From positions 475,476 through 539,475 of the forward strand of contig RDEW01000013.1 in assembly GCA_011109175.1 (NCBI GenBank): a stretch of 64,000 nucleotides of DNA. The letters run 5' to 3'. Made by a program: the position numbers and the translations under genes. Positions within the stretch are counted from its first letter, which is position 1. Each line of letters starts with the position of its first letter. The notes beneath the pieces are model-generated. The model ran no database searches. It saw only the letters and a list, made by a program, of their open reading frames with translations, and was not told the DNA's origin. Source of the stretch: Dicyema japonicum. Taxonomy: Eukaryota > Animalia > Dicyemida. Positions 1-13,685 of this stretch are shown here, in pieces.

Positions 1-3000
1 CCTAATAAATAAATAATGTGAATAAGTGGAATTTTTCCTAATAAATAAATAATGTGAATAAGTGGAACATTTTTCCTAATAAATAAATAATGTGAATAAG
101 TGGAACATTTTTCCTAATAAATAAATAATGTGAATAAGTGGAACATTTTTCCTAATAAATAAATAATGTGAATAAGTGGAACATTTTTCCTAATAAATAA
201 ATAATGTGAATAAGTGGAGCATTTTTCCTAATAAATAAATAATGTGAATAAGTGGAACATTTTTCCTAATAAATAAATAATGTGAATAAGTGTAACATTT
301 TTCCTAATAAATAAATAATGTGAATAAGTGGAGCATTTTTCCTAATAAATAAATAATGTGAATAAGTGTAACATTTTTCCTAATAAATAAATAATGTGAA
401 TAAGTGTAACATTTTTCCTAATAAATAAATAATGTGAATAAGTGTAACATTTTTCCTAATAAATAAATAATGTGAATAAGTGTAACATTTTTCCTAATAA
501 ATAAATAATGTGAATAAGTGTAACATTTTTCCTAATAAATAAATAATGTGAATAAGTGTAACATTTTTCCTAATAAATAAATAATGTGAATAAGTGTAAC
601 ATTTTTCCTAATAAATAAATAATGTGAATAAGTGGAGCATTTTTCCTAATAAATAAATAATGTGAATAAGTGGAGCATTTTTCCTAATAAATAAATAATG
701 TGAATAAGTGTAACATTTTTCCTAATAAATAAATAATGTGAATAAGTGTAACATTTTTCCTAATAAATAAATAATGTGAATAAGTGGAACATTTTTCCTA
801 ATAAATAAATAATGTGAATAAGTGGAACATTTTTCCTAATAAATAAATAATGTGAATAAGTGGAGCATTTTTCCTAATAAATAAATAATGTGAATAAGTG
901 GAACATTTTTCCTAATAAATAAATAATGTGAATAAGTGGAACATTTTTCCTAATAAATAAATAATGTGAATAAGTGGAACATTTTTCCTAATAAATAAAT
1001 AATGTGAATAAGTGGAACATTTTTCCTAATAAATAAATAATGTGAATAAGTGGAACATTTTTCCTAATAAATAAATAATGTGAATAAGTGGAACATTTTT
1101 CCTAATAAATAAATAATGTGAATAAGTGGAACATTTTCCTAATAAATAAATAATGTGAATAAGTGGAACATTTTTCCTAATAAATAAATAATGTGAATAA
1201 GTGGAACATTTTTCCTAATAAATAAATAATGTGAATAAGTGGAACATTTTTCCTAATAAATAAATAATGTGAATAAGTGGAACATTTTTCCTTAATAAAT
1301 AAATAATGTGAATAAGTGGAACATTTTTCCTAAAAATAAATAATGTGAATAAGTAACATTTTTCCTAATAAATAAATAATGTGAATAAGTGGAACATTTT
1401 TCCTAATAAATAAATAATGTGAATAAGTGGAACATTTTTCCTAATAAATAAATAATGTGAATAAGTAACATTTTTCCTAATAAATAAATAATGTGAATAA
1501 GTGGAACATTTTTCCTAATAAATAAATAATGTGAATAAGTGGAACATTTTTCCTAATAAATAAATAATGTGAATAAGTGGAACATTTTTCCTAATAAATA
1601 AATAATGTGAATAAGTGGAACATTTTTCCTAATAAATAAATAATGTGAATAAGTAACATTTTTCCTAATAAATAAATAATGTGAATAAGTGGAACATTTT
1701 TCCTAATAAATAAATAATGTGAATAAGTGGACATTTTTCCTAATAAATAAATAATGTGAATAAGTGGAACATTTTTCCTAATAAATAAATAATGTGAATA
1801 AGTGGAACATTTTTCCTAATAAATAAATAATGTGAATAAGTAACATTTTTCCTAATAAATAAATAATGTGAATAAGTGGAACTAATAAATAAATAATGTG
1901 AATAAGTGGAACATTTTTCCTAATAAATAAATAATGTGAATAAGTGGAACATTTTTCCTAATAAATAAATAATGTGAATAAGTGGAACATTTTTCCTAAT
2001 AAATAAATAATGTGAATAAGTGGACATTTTTCCTAATAAATAAATAATGTGAATAAGTGGAACATTTTTCCTAATAAATAAATAATGTGAATAAGTGGAA
2101 CATTTTTCCTAATAAATAAATAATGTGAATAAGTGGAACATTTTTCCTAATAAATAAATAATGTGAATAAGTGGAACATTTTTCCTAATAAATAAATAAT
2201 GTGAATAAGGAACATTTTTCCTAATAAATAAATAATGTGAATAAGTGGAACATTTTTCCTAATAAATAAATAATGTGAATAAGTGGAACATTTTTCCTAA
2301 TAAATAAATAATGTGAATAAGTGGAACATTTTTCCTAATAAATAAATAATGTGAATAAGTGGAACATTTTTCCTAATAAATAAATAATGTGAATAAGTGG
2401 AACATTTTTCCTAATAAATAAATAATGTGAATAAGTGGAACATTTTTCCTAATAAATAAATAATGTGAATAAGTGGAACATTTTTCCTAATAAATAAATA
2501 ATGTGAATAAGTGGAACATTTTTCCTAATAAATAAATAATGTGAATAAGTGGAACATTTTTCCTAATAAATAAATAATGTGAATAAGTGGAACATTTTTC
2601 CTAATAAATAAATAATGTGAATAAGTGGAGCATTTTTCCTAATAAATAAATAATGTGAATAAGTGGACATTTTTCCTAATAAATAAATAATGTGAATAAG
2701 TGGAACATTTTTCCTAATAAATAAATAATGTGAATAAGTGGAACATTTTTCCTAATAAATAAATAATGTGAATAAGTGGAACATTTTTCCTAATAAATAA
2801 ATAATGTGAATAAGTGGAACATTTTTCCTAATAAATAAATAATGTGAATAAGTGGAACATTTTTCCTAATAAATAAATAATGTAATAAGTGGAAATTTTT
2901 CCTAATAAATAAATAATGTGAATAAGTGGAACATTTTTCCTAATAAATAAATAATGTGAATAAGTGGAACATTTTTCCTAATAAATAAATAATGTGAATA

Positions 3001-3428
3001 AGTGGAACATTTTTCCTAATAAATAAATAATGTGAATAAGTGGAATATTTTCCTAATAAATAAATAATGTGAATAAGTGGAACATTTTCCTAATAAATAA
3101 ATAATGTGAATAAGTGGAACATTTTTCCTAATAAATAAATAATGTGAATAAGTGGAATTTTTCCTAATAAATAAATAATGTGGGTAAGTGGAACTTTTTC
3201 CTAATAAATAAATAATGTGGGTAAGTGGAACATTTTTCCTAATAAATAAATAATGTGGGTAAGTGGAACATTTTTCCTAATAAATAAATAATGTGAGTAA
3301 GTGGAACATTTTTCCTGATAAATAAATAATGTGAGTAAGTGGAACATTTTTCCTAATAAATAAATAATGTGGTAAGTGGAGTATTTTCCTAATAAATAAA
3401 TAATGTGAATAAGTGGAACATTTTTCCT
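1..3428. repeat. 38-bp tandem satellite, ~90 copies, running off the window start
   Basis: Unit CCTAATAAATAAATAATGTGAATAAGTGGAACATTTTT repeated head-to-tail with point variants (GTGTAAC, GTGGAGC, GTAAC; GGGTAAG/GAGTAAG near the right border). Confidence 0.98.
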
Positions 3429-3999
3429 GATATTCTAGTACCATTATATCAATATTTTTTGAACAATTATATCGGAAATCAGAAAATGGATTAATTCCAA
3501 AAATAAATCAGAACAAGAGGTGGGGTTTGTAACGTCAGTCTTTGTGAGTGACTTCCTTTTGAGTGAGTTTCTTTCCTTTTCAAATCGAGTAGTATCTGAA
3601 TCAATGGCCTGGTTTATGGACTTTGTGGTTGTTCGAGACACGAACCTCCTATCAGCCAAAAATAAAAAATCAGTTAAGGAATTCACAACCACGTCAATAG
3701 TAGTGACAAAAAACTTGAGTGAAATTCTATAAGGTTACAGTCGACCAACAACTCTAAATTATATCATATGATTATAATCACTAGTAAACTCTTCAGAAAC
3801 ACTAAGAAATTGTAAAATTCTTGGGAGAGCATATTGATTGATCAGGTAAAATTATCGTTACGTCATGTTGTGTTTGGTACAGAGATTTAAAGTCACGTTT
3901 TCCGAAGGAATTGAAAGTAATATTTCCTCGAGTGTTACAGATTGGAAGTAAAATCACTGTGTATGTTTGGGGTTTTAGTCTCTGCACTTAAATGTGGTT

Positions 4000-4350
4000 C
4001 ATTATTATTAACCCCGAGTACATCAAGAAAGAAGTTGATAATTAATAACTAATTAAGAGTATCCAGTTACCACGGTTGCAAAAAATACTCCTTCCATTGT
4101 CACACAAGTCCATCCAGAACCAGCATAAAGTGTAAAAATTCCATCCCTTGCAGTTGTAGAAACCACTCTAGTGGAATGAAAAACAACAAATGATCATTTA
4201 TCGTGCGGCCATACACTGGGCGACATCTTGTGCATGTTAATCACATGAAATCACACTATAAAAAAGGGAAGAATAGAAGAAACAAACAAAAAATCTTCAA
4301 TCAAATAACCACAGTGCACCACGCTAACGTTGACACTACTTAACACAACT
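4000..4350 (-). mobile_element. Degraded copy of short non-autonomous Vingi-related element (family A)
   Basis: Reverse complement aligns by eye to 60677-61001 (ACAACTGCAA, CTGGATAC, CGGGGTTAATAA tail). Confidence 0.75.
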
Positions 4351-4589
4351 GTGGTTTAAATTTTAATTTTTTTGAACCAAAAAACACCGTCATTGCCAGA
4401 ATGAAAAAAATTAAGATGATCCTGACCTTCCTCAGCAGTCTTCACATGCTCGGACATGAAGGAAGTCCCGTCCAGAAAGAACTCCTCGAATGGTTGTTGA
4501 CTAATGGTCCTTTTTGGATAAAATTTAGGATTATATGTGGCGCCAAATTTAGGATTATATTATTAGTTGAGGTAGTGACAACGCCTATA

Positions 4590-5035
4590 TTACACTATGT
4601 CTTATTCGTATTCCATACCGACTTCTCCGTTCACTCTGGGATCTTTTAATTGCAGAGGACTTAAACAACCTTACAAGATACACCAACTGGCATGCGATCT
4701 AACAAAATACGACGTCTCTTTCTGCTGTCTACAAAAGACAAAAACGAACGTACAATTTACAGAACTGGTTAGAAAATTCCATTTTTTACCCTCTCATCGG
4801 CCTGCCGACATTATGGTCTCGGATTTGCAGTCCATCAGGACTTGATTCACTGTACTACAAGAATGTGGGCATCGTCTAACATTATAATAGAAATGGCGGA
4901 CGACCTAGACTACCTAAGAGAACTAGCGCGCAACGGAGGATCATGGTCAAGGCTGACGAAGAGGATGATTAGGAATACGGCACAAGGGAAACTTAAATAA
5001 TTTTATGTTTTCCCAGGAGTGCTTTATAATAATAA
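4590..5035 (+). mobile_element. Internally deleted RTE-like non-LTR element (APE N-terminus joined to RT C-terminus and 3' tail)
   Basis: LGSFNCRGL..CCLQKTK APE start; DDLDYLRELARNGGSWSRL C-terminal motif; GCAC..GTGC hairpin followed by TAATAATAA tail. Confidence 0.65.
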
Positions 5036-5200
5036 CAAATGTGGCGCCACAGGAGATGGTGAACCACATGACGCACGCTAACAATTGAAGCTTCCTGAAG
5101 CCAAAAGGGAAGAGGAGGAATAGAAGAATCAAACAAATAATCATCAATTTATGTAGCCACATAGCACCACGCTAACTTTGGCGCCAGTGGCATACAACTG
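5036..5200 (-). mobile_element. 5' half of a family A element
   Basis: Reverse complement contains GCGTCATGTGGTTCACC...GTGGCGCC and the leader GTGGTGCTATGTGGCTA. Confidence 0.65.
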
Positions 5201-5265
5201 AGTTTAAAAGCTCAAATTAAATTATAAATATTAAATGAAACTTAAAAATGAGTAATTTAAATTAG

Positions 5266-6985
5266 TTCGTCATGTGGTTCGCCGTTTTTGGTGACATAAA
5301 CTGTGGACTATATATCCCAGACAAAAGAATCATGCACTACGTCCAATCCAAGAGGAATGTCCTTCTTGGACGGTCGCTCCACTGTCTCTCTCTCCTGTCT
5401 TGATGAAAGCCCACCTAATGCTTTCCAGCGATGTATACCCTAATCCTGGACCTCCAAAACCCTTTATCTTGATTCAACTAAACATAAATGGAGTGAAAGG
5501 GAAATTCCTCGAACTCAGAAACCTCTTAAAAAAGTATAATACTGACATTTGCCTACTCCTACTCCAGTATAATACTGGCATAGCCACCTCCCCAATTATC
5601 CTCTCTGTGGAGAACGTGCTGAAATGGTTATGGGTCAAAAGTCGACTTATTCCTGCGGTCCTGACGGAATCCCTACAATAGTTCTAAAAAACATAGGCCC
5701 CAATGCTATCATGGCTCTCAAAATTTTCAACTTTTCAATCAACGAAAATTGTATTCCTTCCATATGGAGGCTATTAAACATGCGACCAATTCTGAAACCC
5801 GGGAGACCAAAGGGATCACCAGCCTTATACAGACCAATATCTCTCCTATGTGTTACATCAAAATTTTGGAAAAGGTGATTCTTGAACTAATATACCTTCC
5901 TGATGCACCATTTCAACATGGATTCAGAAAAGGCAACGCATCTTACATGCCTTACAAATTTCATCAAAGATGGCCTAATACGCAAACCTCATCAGAAATC
6001 ATTGATATGCTCCATCGATGTAGAAAAAGCTTTCGGCACACTCCCAAGTAAGCTTTTGATAAGGAAGATCTTTACGTCAAAAATCCAAACAACCTGAAAA
6101 TCTGGATGCTAATTTTTTAAATGGAAGAAGAGAGTAACTGCTGGAAAAACTAGTCAGTGACCAAGTTCCTTCCAAATGGGGTCCCTCAAGGAAATCCACT
6201 GTCACCACACCTGTTCAACCTATTCCTAAATGATATGCCCTCCCTTACCAGTGAAGATACTCTGGTTCTGACATATGCAAATGATACAATAGTCGCAGTC
6301 AAAGACAATTGCGCTAATACTGCTGTACACTGGCTACAAGCTTCATTAGACGATCTGAACTGTTGGTTCGTCAAGAACATTCTACATACAAGTCCTGAAA
6401 AGTCTTATACAAATTTTCACAACAAACAGAAGATTGATGAACTCCGCTCCATGTGTAACCATAAATGGAAACTCGATCCCCACGACCAACTCGGTCAAGA
6501 TACTGGGAGTAGCATACGACCCACTCTTGACCTTCAGCAAACAAATCTACAACGTCATCTCCTCGGCAAAATGAAAACTAAAGTTTGTTATAACACTCCT
6601 AGACAATATAAGGGATGCTTCAACTTTAATTTGGACTCTCTCTACGTGCATTATATTCAACCGTCTCTAACTTACGGGTGTGCTGCATGGGGAACAAAAT
6701 TATCAAACGCGAATTTGGAAAGAATCAACACATTCCAAAAAATATCCAGTAAAGCTCGGCAAAGGTTTTCGCAGTCACCTCTAAACCCTACACCATTTAA
6801 GGAATTAGTGAGGAAAACCGGAGCTTTACAAACCACCCAAAAAGTTAGAAACCCCTGCCCAATCCGGAAATGCGTTGGAACCCGGGAGGAACACCGAGCA
6901 AGAATGAGATGGCTATTTGAAGCGGCCGGAATCACCTGACGGCTATGTAGCTATTTAATTTGATTTTTGGTTTTAATAAATAAAT
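5266..6985 (+). mobile_element. Ingi/Vingi-like non-LTR retrotransposon, frameshifted and internally deleted
   Basis: 2A-like DVYPNPGP then APE start (IQLNING); RT motifs YRPISLL, FQHGFRKG, IDVEKAF, GVPQG, LTYAND; 3' tail GGAATCACCTGA...AATAAATAAA. Confidence 0.85.
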
Positions 6986-7084
6986 TAATATTACAAAACA
7001 CCCCACTTTATTTAACAAACAATAAAAAAGTTAATATAAATTAATATTAATGATAATTAAATAGCGGCAAATATTTAAATTGTG

Positions 7085-10000
7085 ATGGGTTGTGTACTAA
7101 CTTTAATTTGCAGAAAAAAGAAGACCATCCAGAGAAATTACAAAGATAGCAAACGATTGAGTGCATTAGAACAGCTGAGGATTGCAAGAGAGACAGGAAC
7201 TCAGATCCAATATGTATCATTTTAACTAAACTGCAGGCTGAGGAAGAATTGGTGTACGATTACGTTGATGAGGAGAAGTACTCTAGTATTGTACGAGAAA
7301 GACAGAACTTCATTATCGACGGAGAGGATGACGATGGGCGGGAAATTTTCGAGAAGAGAACTGACCGTCCAATCAAACGAAAGAAGGACATCCGGTCCCT
7401 CATAAAGTCCTCAAAGACTAAGGTTGTTACTCACGATCTTGAAGAAGACGACCTCCTTAAAGATATCATGAAAGAACTACACGGACAAAAAGAAGGTTTA
7501 CAAAAAATCCCTCTAAAACATGACAATTTGTTAAAAAATTCAACAAATCCACAAAAAATTGATTTCTGCAGCAAAAGATTTACAAATATTCGCAAATTTG
7601 AGAACTTTTATAAAAATGAAAGAAATCTTCCCGAATTTCCACAAAATCTTACAGAATTATCTGAGCACATGGATGTTCCTGAAGAAGTGGCCTTCGAATA
7701 CTTAGAAATTCCAGAAAATAAGGAAATTATACAAAATTGTGACAAAATTTCCACTGAAAAAGATGATTTGCCAAATTTTACATCTCAAAACACACCTGAC
7801 TTATTTTCCGACGGAGAAGACGTTGAGATGCTGCGAGTATTGTCAGAAGTTGGAATAGTTGAAAATACTGAGACGGATAGTTCTACTGATGGGACTTTAT
7901 TTTACTGGTTGGATGCTTACGATGAGTATGTGGAACAGAACGGTACTTGATATTAACATTAACAGGCGTTTTATATCTTTTTGGTAAGACCATGGTTAAC
8001 GGAAAAACTGGTAAATACTACTTTATTGGTGGAGAATGTGCTGAGAATTGTATATATCATCACAACTAATATGAACGATGATTTTTATGCTCAGATTGAA
8101 CAGAGACTCCAGAAACATAACATCAAGGACTACCAAATAAAAGTAGTTGTCTATATTATGCCAGCCAACCACCAAAAAACACACGGATTCTTCAGTTTCT
8201 GCGGTTGAAGTGGAGTATAGTGCCAAACATCGTCTCCTACCTGGGGATGACGTCGTTTGGATCTCTCCGTTTGACTTATTATTCATTAAGACTGGAGTAT
8301 TTCTTGTTGGAGAGGAGAATGAAGGGACCCTGCTGGCTAAGACTATCTAACGTGGGACAAAGCAAGTCAGCAATAAGCTGGACTAATTCAGAACTGTCAG
8401 TATCGCACCCTTCCTCTGTGACCATGGCTGAGTGTGGTCTTCCTCCCACTCTTCCCTTAGTTCTGCTCTATCTGAGATTCTTTATGAAGGATTCGGTCAT
8501 AATAGGAGTCGACGGCCTCATAAATAGATCTTATCCTCTCGAAGATACTCCAAAGAGACTGTTTGACGACAGTTTTCGAAGTATTTGTCATACATAACTC
8601 CTAGTTCTTGTTGGCTCTACTAAACTGAATAATGTGGAGACGGTCCCAAATGAAAGAGCTCTTCTTGGACTTTTGTTGGGTAAGTTGCATAAAATAGACC
8701 CTGACGTAATAGCGGTACACGTGAATGTTCAATTAAGGGTCATTCCCTCATTGGTTATTGGTTGCAGTTGATTCTGCAGAGAATGAAGAAGAATAAAGTT
8801 CAGCACTGGTCAAAGTTGGGTCGAATCAGGAGGGCAACCTACCCAAAAATGGTGGTAACCGTGAATTTATAGAGACTGGGGTGTGGAAAGATGTCAGGGC
8901 TGTATGTGGACGGATAATTTGTGACCTAAACATATCTGTCCGGGAATTGATTCACCTACGGAGTTATGAAATGGGGGAGATTGTACAGCAGGTGGTTAAG
9001 GAAGAATATCAAGACTGGGATATCGCACATGTAGGCTGTCGTCAAGGACTGCTGGTCATCAAGGAATTGAATGTTCTACCTCTGGCACTTCAAATCACAC
9101 GAATATGTGGAAATCTTATGGTTAGTCCTGTCCTTACTTAAGGCCCACACACTAGTGGCTGGGAGATCCGAAAGGAACGAGTATTTGCTACTACATGCAT
9201 TCCACCAGGCAGGGTTCCTCCCCTTTCCCAACCAAACCCAAGCCAGACAAGACCGCAAACCTACCTATGAAGGGGGACTTGTACTGGAGCCAAAAAAAGG
9301 TTGATGTTGGCTTAACTCAGGATTCTATGACACCCTGATTTTGCTGATGGACTTTAATTCATTGTACCCTTCCATAATTCAAGAATTCAATGTATGTTTC
9401 ACTACCAAACTGGGGGAGGAACACTTTAGTGATGATCGGGGAGTTTTGCCCGCGGAGATCAAAAAATTAGTGGATAGTAGGCGGGAAATTAAGAAATTAA
9501 TGAAGGAAAGGCCTGAGCTTCAGGCAGTGTGAGGACTTATTCTTAGTACAATATTCGACAGCAGGCACTGAAACTGATAGCCAATTCGATGTATGGTTGC
9601 CTCGGTTTCTCCAATAACAGGTTTTATGAGAAGGATCTGGCTGCCTTCATTACAGCTCAGGGACGGAGGGTATTTGTAGTATGAATGCTAGCTGTTGACA
9701 AAACTAAGGAATTGGTTGAGGGAATGGGTCTGGAAGTTTTGTATGGGGACACTGATTCACTAATGATAAACTCTAATACAAGAGATGTCCAAATCGCGAA
9801 AAATTTGGCGCTTAAAATCAAACAATCCGTCAATAAATTGTACAAACACTTGGAAATTGAAGTTGATGGGATATTTAAGTCGTTGCTTTTGTTGAAAAAG
9901 AAGAAATATGCCGCCTTACAGTTGTCTCCAGATGGATCGGTTGTGAAACACGTGCGAGGAATTGACACTGTGAGGAGGGATTGGTGTCCTCTTTCTAGAC

Positions 10001-11132
10001 AAACTGGAAAGTTTGCTTTTGGCTGATTGCAGTGAGGTTGTGGACCTGATTCTCTCGGGTTTATCTCAAGAGCATGTGATTGGTGAAATCCATAGTCTCC
10101 TTGTCAATGTGGCGGCATCAGTTAATTCTGGGAATATCCGCTGTCCCTATACGCCATTACAAAGGTATTTCTACCCCTTATTATAGCAATTGGCCAAAAA
10201 TCCCGGAAACTATGGGATTAACCTTCCACATGTGGCAGTGGCCCTTCGAATGAACGAACAAGGAGCAGCCTTCAAGGCTGGGGACGCCGTAGAGTACATT
10301 ATTTGCAATGACGGGACCTCCCATCCAGCAACACAACGGGCCTACCACCCTTCCGAGGTCGACCACACTCGGACTGTGGACTATCACTACTATTTGGCTA
10401 ACCAAATTCACCCAGTGGTCTCCAGATTGTGTATCCCCATTGACGGGACTTCCTCCAGTCAGTTAGCTCAAGCATTGGGAGTTTCCATGACGGTGATCCA
10501 TACGCCTCATGTCGTCCCCAATAAGTTTCACCCCCTTGTCTGGGACTGTCCCTTCTGTAGTATACAGATCACTTCCCCCGTAGTTTCTCACGTTTACTTA
10601 GTCTGAGGGATTGTTTCTCATGGACAAATGTGCGAATCCTGAGTGTGCGAACCCTCCATTGTCTTATGTGCCCTTTATTGAGAACGTAGTGGTGACTGCT
10701 GCAAGGAAGTTTATATCAAAGTACTATGAGGTTTTGGTTGGATGAGACTCAGGGATGGATGGTCTGTGATGATTGTTATGCTCGCACTCGTTTGAGTGGA
10801 CTGACTGTGAAGCTTGGAAAAACTCGTTGTCCCACATGTAGGAAGGGCAGTATGACGGAGGAGGTATTTTATTGTTTGACTGCAGTATTCTTCTGCTCAA
10901 CTGTACTATCAGATAAACCACTACAGGACTTTGTTTGATCTTGAAAATGCAGCCAAGTTAGCCCCTGCTAACAAATCTGGTTGAATTGTTAGTGATTGTA
11001 GTTTTGTTGGTAAATCAAGTGAACAGGAATGCCTATAATCGTCTACTAACTCGAGTGGATAATATATTGAGATATAGTGCTTACTCTAATGTTGATTTAT
11101 CTTCACTTTTTTGTAATTTGTTTAGACATTGA
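7085..11132 (+). CDS. POLA1: DNA polymerase alpha catalytic subunit, ~15 introns of ~20-25 nt (start approximate)
   Basis: [19 protein letters not shown]-terminus; FYWLDAY; MKGPCWL; [14 protein letters not shown]; [12 protein letters not shown]; [19 protein letters not shown]; [15 protein letters not shown]; YGDTDS; KKKKYAAL; C-terminal Zn fingers; stop TGA 11130-11132. Three 1-nt frame breaks must be assumed. Confidence 0.96.
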
Positions 11133-11149
11133 TTTGTTATTAAATTGGT

Positions 11150-13685
11150 TTATTATTTTTATTAAGGATTTTTTAATTTATGTGAGTAGGTTACAACAAC
11201 AATTTATTAACAAGAGTTAAAAAGTTTTCTGGAAGGGATTACATCTGTATTCTACCTAAAGCTTGGACTCCGCACCTAAGTCCTTCCTCAAAAAAAATTT
11301 TCAGAGCGTTTTTCCCAATTTTATATATGTCTCCATGATCTTTGATCTCCTCCTGAAACCATTGATCCTCCACAATCTTCCTAATCGATTTTAACAGCTT
11401 GTCTTCGTCCTGGGCATTGGCCTTTTGTATCACCCTCACTGTTCTCTCGTATACCACTTGAGAAACCAAATCACTGAACAAGACAGCTGTTTCTCTTTTT
11501 TCCTCTTCGACGTCACCTCCGTCTTCAGAGCCTCTTGAGATAAGATGATTAGTCACTCTTGTAACCTCATCATCATAGTTATCAACTTTCAGCCTATGTC
11601 TTTGCTCGATTATCATGCTTTCTAAAGTTATTTAATCGTCATTGATTGATGTACTACTCCATCCCATGTCAAAATAATCGGAATTATTGTCACCTTGGCC
11701 TTGTGAATTTTTGCTAGTTCTCCTGCCAGAAGATCGTATTTGTGGAGTTTTTCCACTTCAACATTTTTTAGCAAATCTTGGTAAGTGATTCCTACTTCTA
11801 TTATTATTATTTCGTTTTTGGATTTATCGTGTACGAAAATATCAGGTTTGTTATTTTTAACTTGTATATCCGTTTGTAGTGTTGTGTCGACTCCTAATTC
11901 AACTTTACTGTTTGAGACAATCGATTGGACTGTATGCGTCTTTACCCTCTTGGTTCTGTTGATTCCAAATTGATGACATAGTTGTAGGTGTATACATCTT
12001 ACAACTTCGTTATGTCTCCGCATATACCGCTAAGAATCATGGTACATCGTGTAGCCATGATCCACACTCTTTTTGGCCATTCCACAATGACGACAATTTG
12101 CTTTCATCTCTTCAAAGAACAGATTCCGATCCTGTATCATGCAGTCGTTGATTCCGACCTTGGACTATTGTTTCTCCCCAGTAACCATTTGTTGATCCAT
12201 TGATTTCCACATTCGTATCAAAACACATATATTGAATGAAGCAATTTCTGATTAGTCTTCTCCGAATAATTCTTTTGATATTCCTTTATAATTTCAGTGT
12301 ATTTGAGTGCAATAAATCTTGCGATAGTGGTCATATTGTTTTTCTTTGTTTTAGACCCGCAAGATTCCTTCCCTTCAAAGACAGATGGAAGATATCCTTT
12401 CAAGGTCGGTAAAATTGAAATAACATGCATTCATCTTATCAAAATTGAGGTTAATCCTCTTCCAAACTATTTCTGCTGAGATATAATCTTTCTTTGTTAG
12501 CATGTTTTAAATGCACTTGTAAGTTAGAGAGTATACGCCGGATTTCTAAATCAATAGCTTCGAATTCACGTGGTTCAATGTCGATAAGCCCAATATAATA
12601 ATATAGCGAAAGTGCGTATTCATTTATCGCTTTAAACAAGCTTACAGCGTTTAATTTCGAATTCATCAGCACAACCATGTAGATAACATGCATCTACGGC
12701 ACATTTCAGATTAGTTGCACACTTTTCACAGTTTCTTTTAATGCCAACAACACCCAGATATTCACCAATATCCTCCATCATTTTTAGAATATGTTATGTT
12801 GTCCAATTAAGTCGTCTCCGACCTTTGAGATCTCATGAACGAGTTTCCTCTACTCTCTCCGAGCCTTGATATAGGCATTCCCGTGACGTCTTCCACCGTG
12901 GATAGCCACCGATTCCTTGGTCGGCCAGGTCTTCTCTTCCCAGTAATATTGCTAAGCATAATGGTTCTTTCCAGTGAATAAGAGCGGACAACATGCCCAA
13001 AGAACGCCAATCTGTGTTTTACGATTCTTCCTTTTAGCGAAATGTCAGTCTATACCCGTTTGAATACATCGATGTTTGTTATTTTGGAAATTTTTTTTAG
13101 AATAGTATCTTCATATTCGGTAATTATTTTCAGGTCGTCAATAAAAAGAAAATGTGTAGAATAGACGGATCACTCTGATCAAACATATCTTTGGGAATTT
13201 TATATTTAATATTCGGCTTAGTGGGTCCATTACCAAAGTAAACAGCTGGGGAGAGTGAGTCTCCTTGCAAGATTCCTCTTCCGAGTTTGATCTTTCCAAT
13301 TTTTTTGTTAAGGTTCAAATAACATTCCACTTGCTTATTAGATTCTTGATGAACTTCACAACCCATTCAGGAACTCCAGAGTTATAAAGAACCCGACACA
13401 AAAATTCATGATTGACAGAATCGAAAGCCTTCCTCACATCAATCCATGTTGTGAATAAGTTATTTGCATGTTCAGTATTAACAAAATGATTCATTAAAGC
13501 CTAGTCTTTTGCATCTTTCTGTCTTCTTTTGCACACTGCCTTCTTGCTCCAAGCTCCGAGATAAGATTGAACCCTTCAATATAATCCGTAAGTTTTGTAC
13601 ACATTTTGTGACAAGTTTGTACAATATATCCATGTAATTGGCCTAAGTCATTCGGAGAACAGTAGTCTTCTTTTTTCGGAATGAC
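11150..13685 (-). mobile_element. R4/Dong-like RLE non-LTR retrotransposon, 5'-truncated, degenerate
   Basis: RGILQGDSLSP RT; RRHNEVVRCIH zinc-knuckle/RLE linker; NKPDI..IIEVGIT..EKLHKY restriction-like endonuclease. Confidence 0.88.
12792..13093 (-). mobile_element. RTE (BovB-like) 3' fragment inserted into the R4-like element
   Basis: FFGHVVRS..GKRRPGRPRNRW; flanked by TSD TTTTTAGAATA (12781-12791 / 13094-13104); the empty site is visible in the paralog near 59990. Confidence 0.9.

Noticed and set aside
1-3428. CRISPR array (38-bp repeats)
   Set aside because: No unique spacers, no cas genes and a eukaryotic context; it is a plain tandem satellite
3444-3987. Short ORFs next to the satellite as genes
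   Set aside because: No recognisable motifs or consistent exon structure
9524-9546. GC-AG intron in POLA1
   Set aside because: A 20-nt GT-AG intron 3 nt downstream also keeps the frame; undecidable without cDNA
10592-10607. 16-nt intron in POLA1
   Set aside because: A 22-nt GT-AG intron (10580-10601) gives the same frame and fits the modal length
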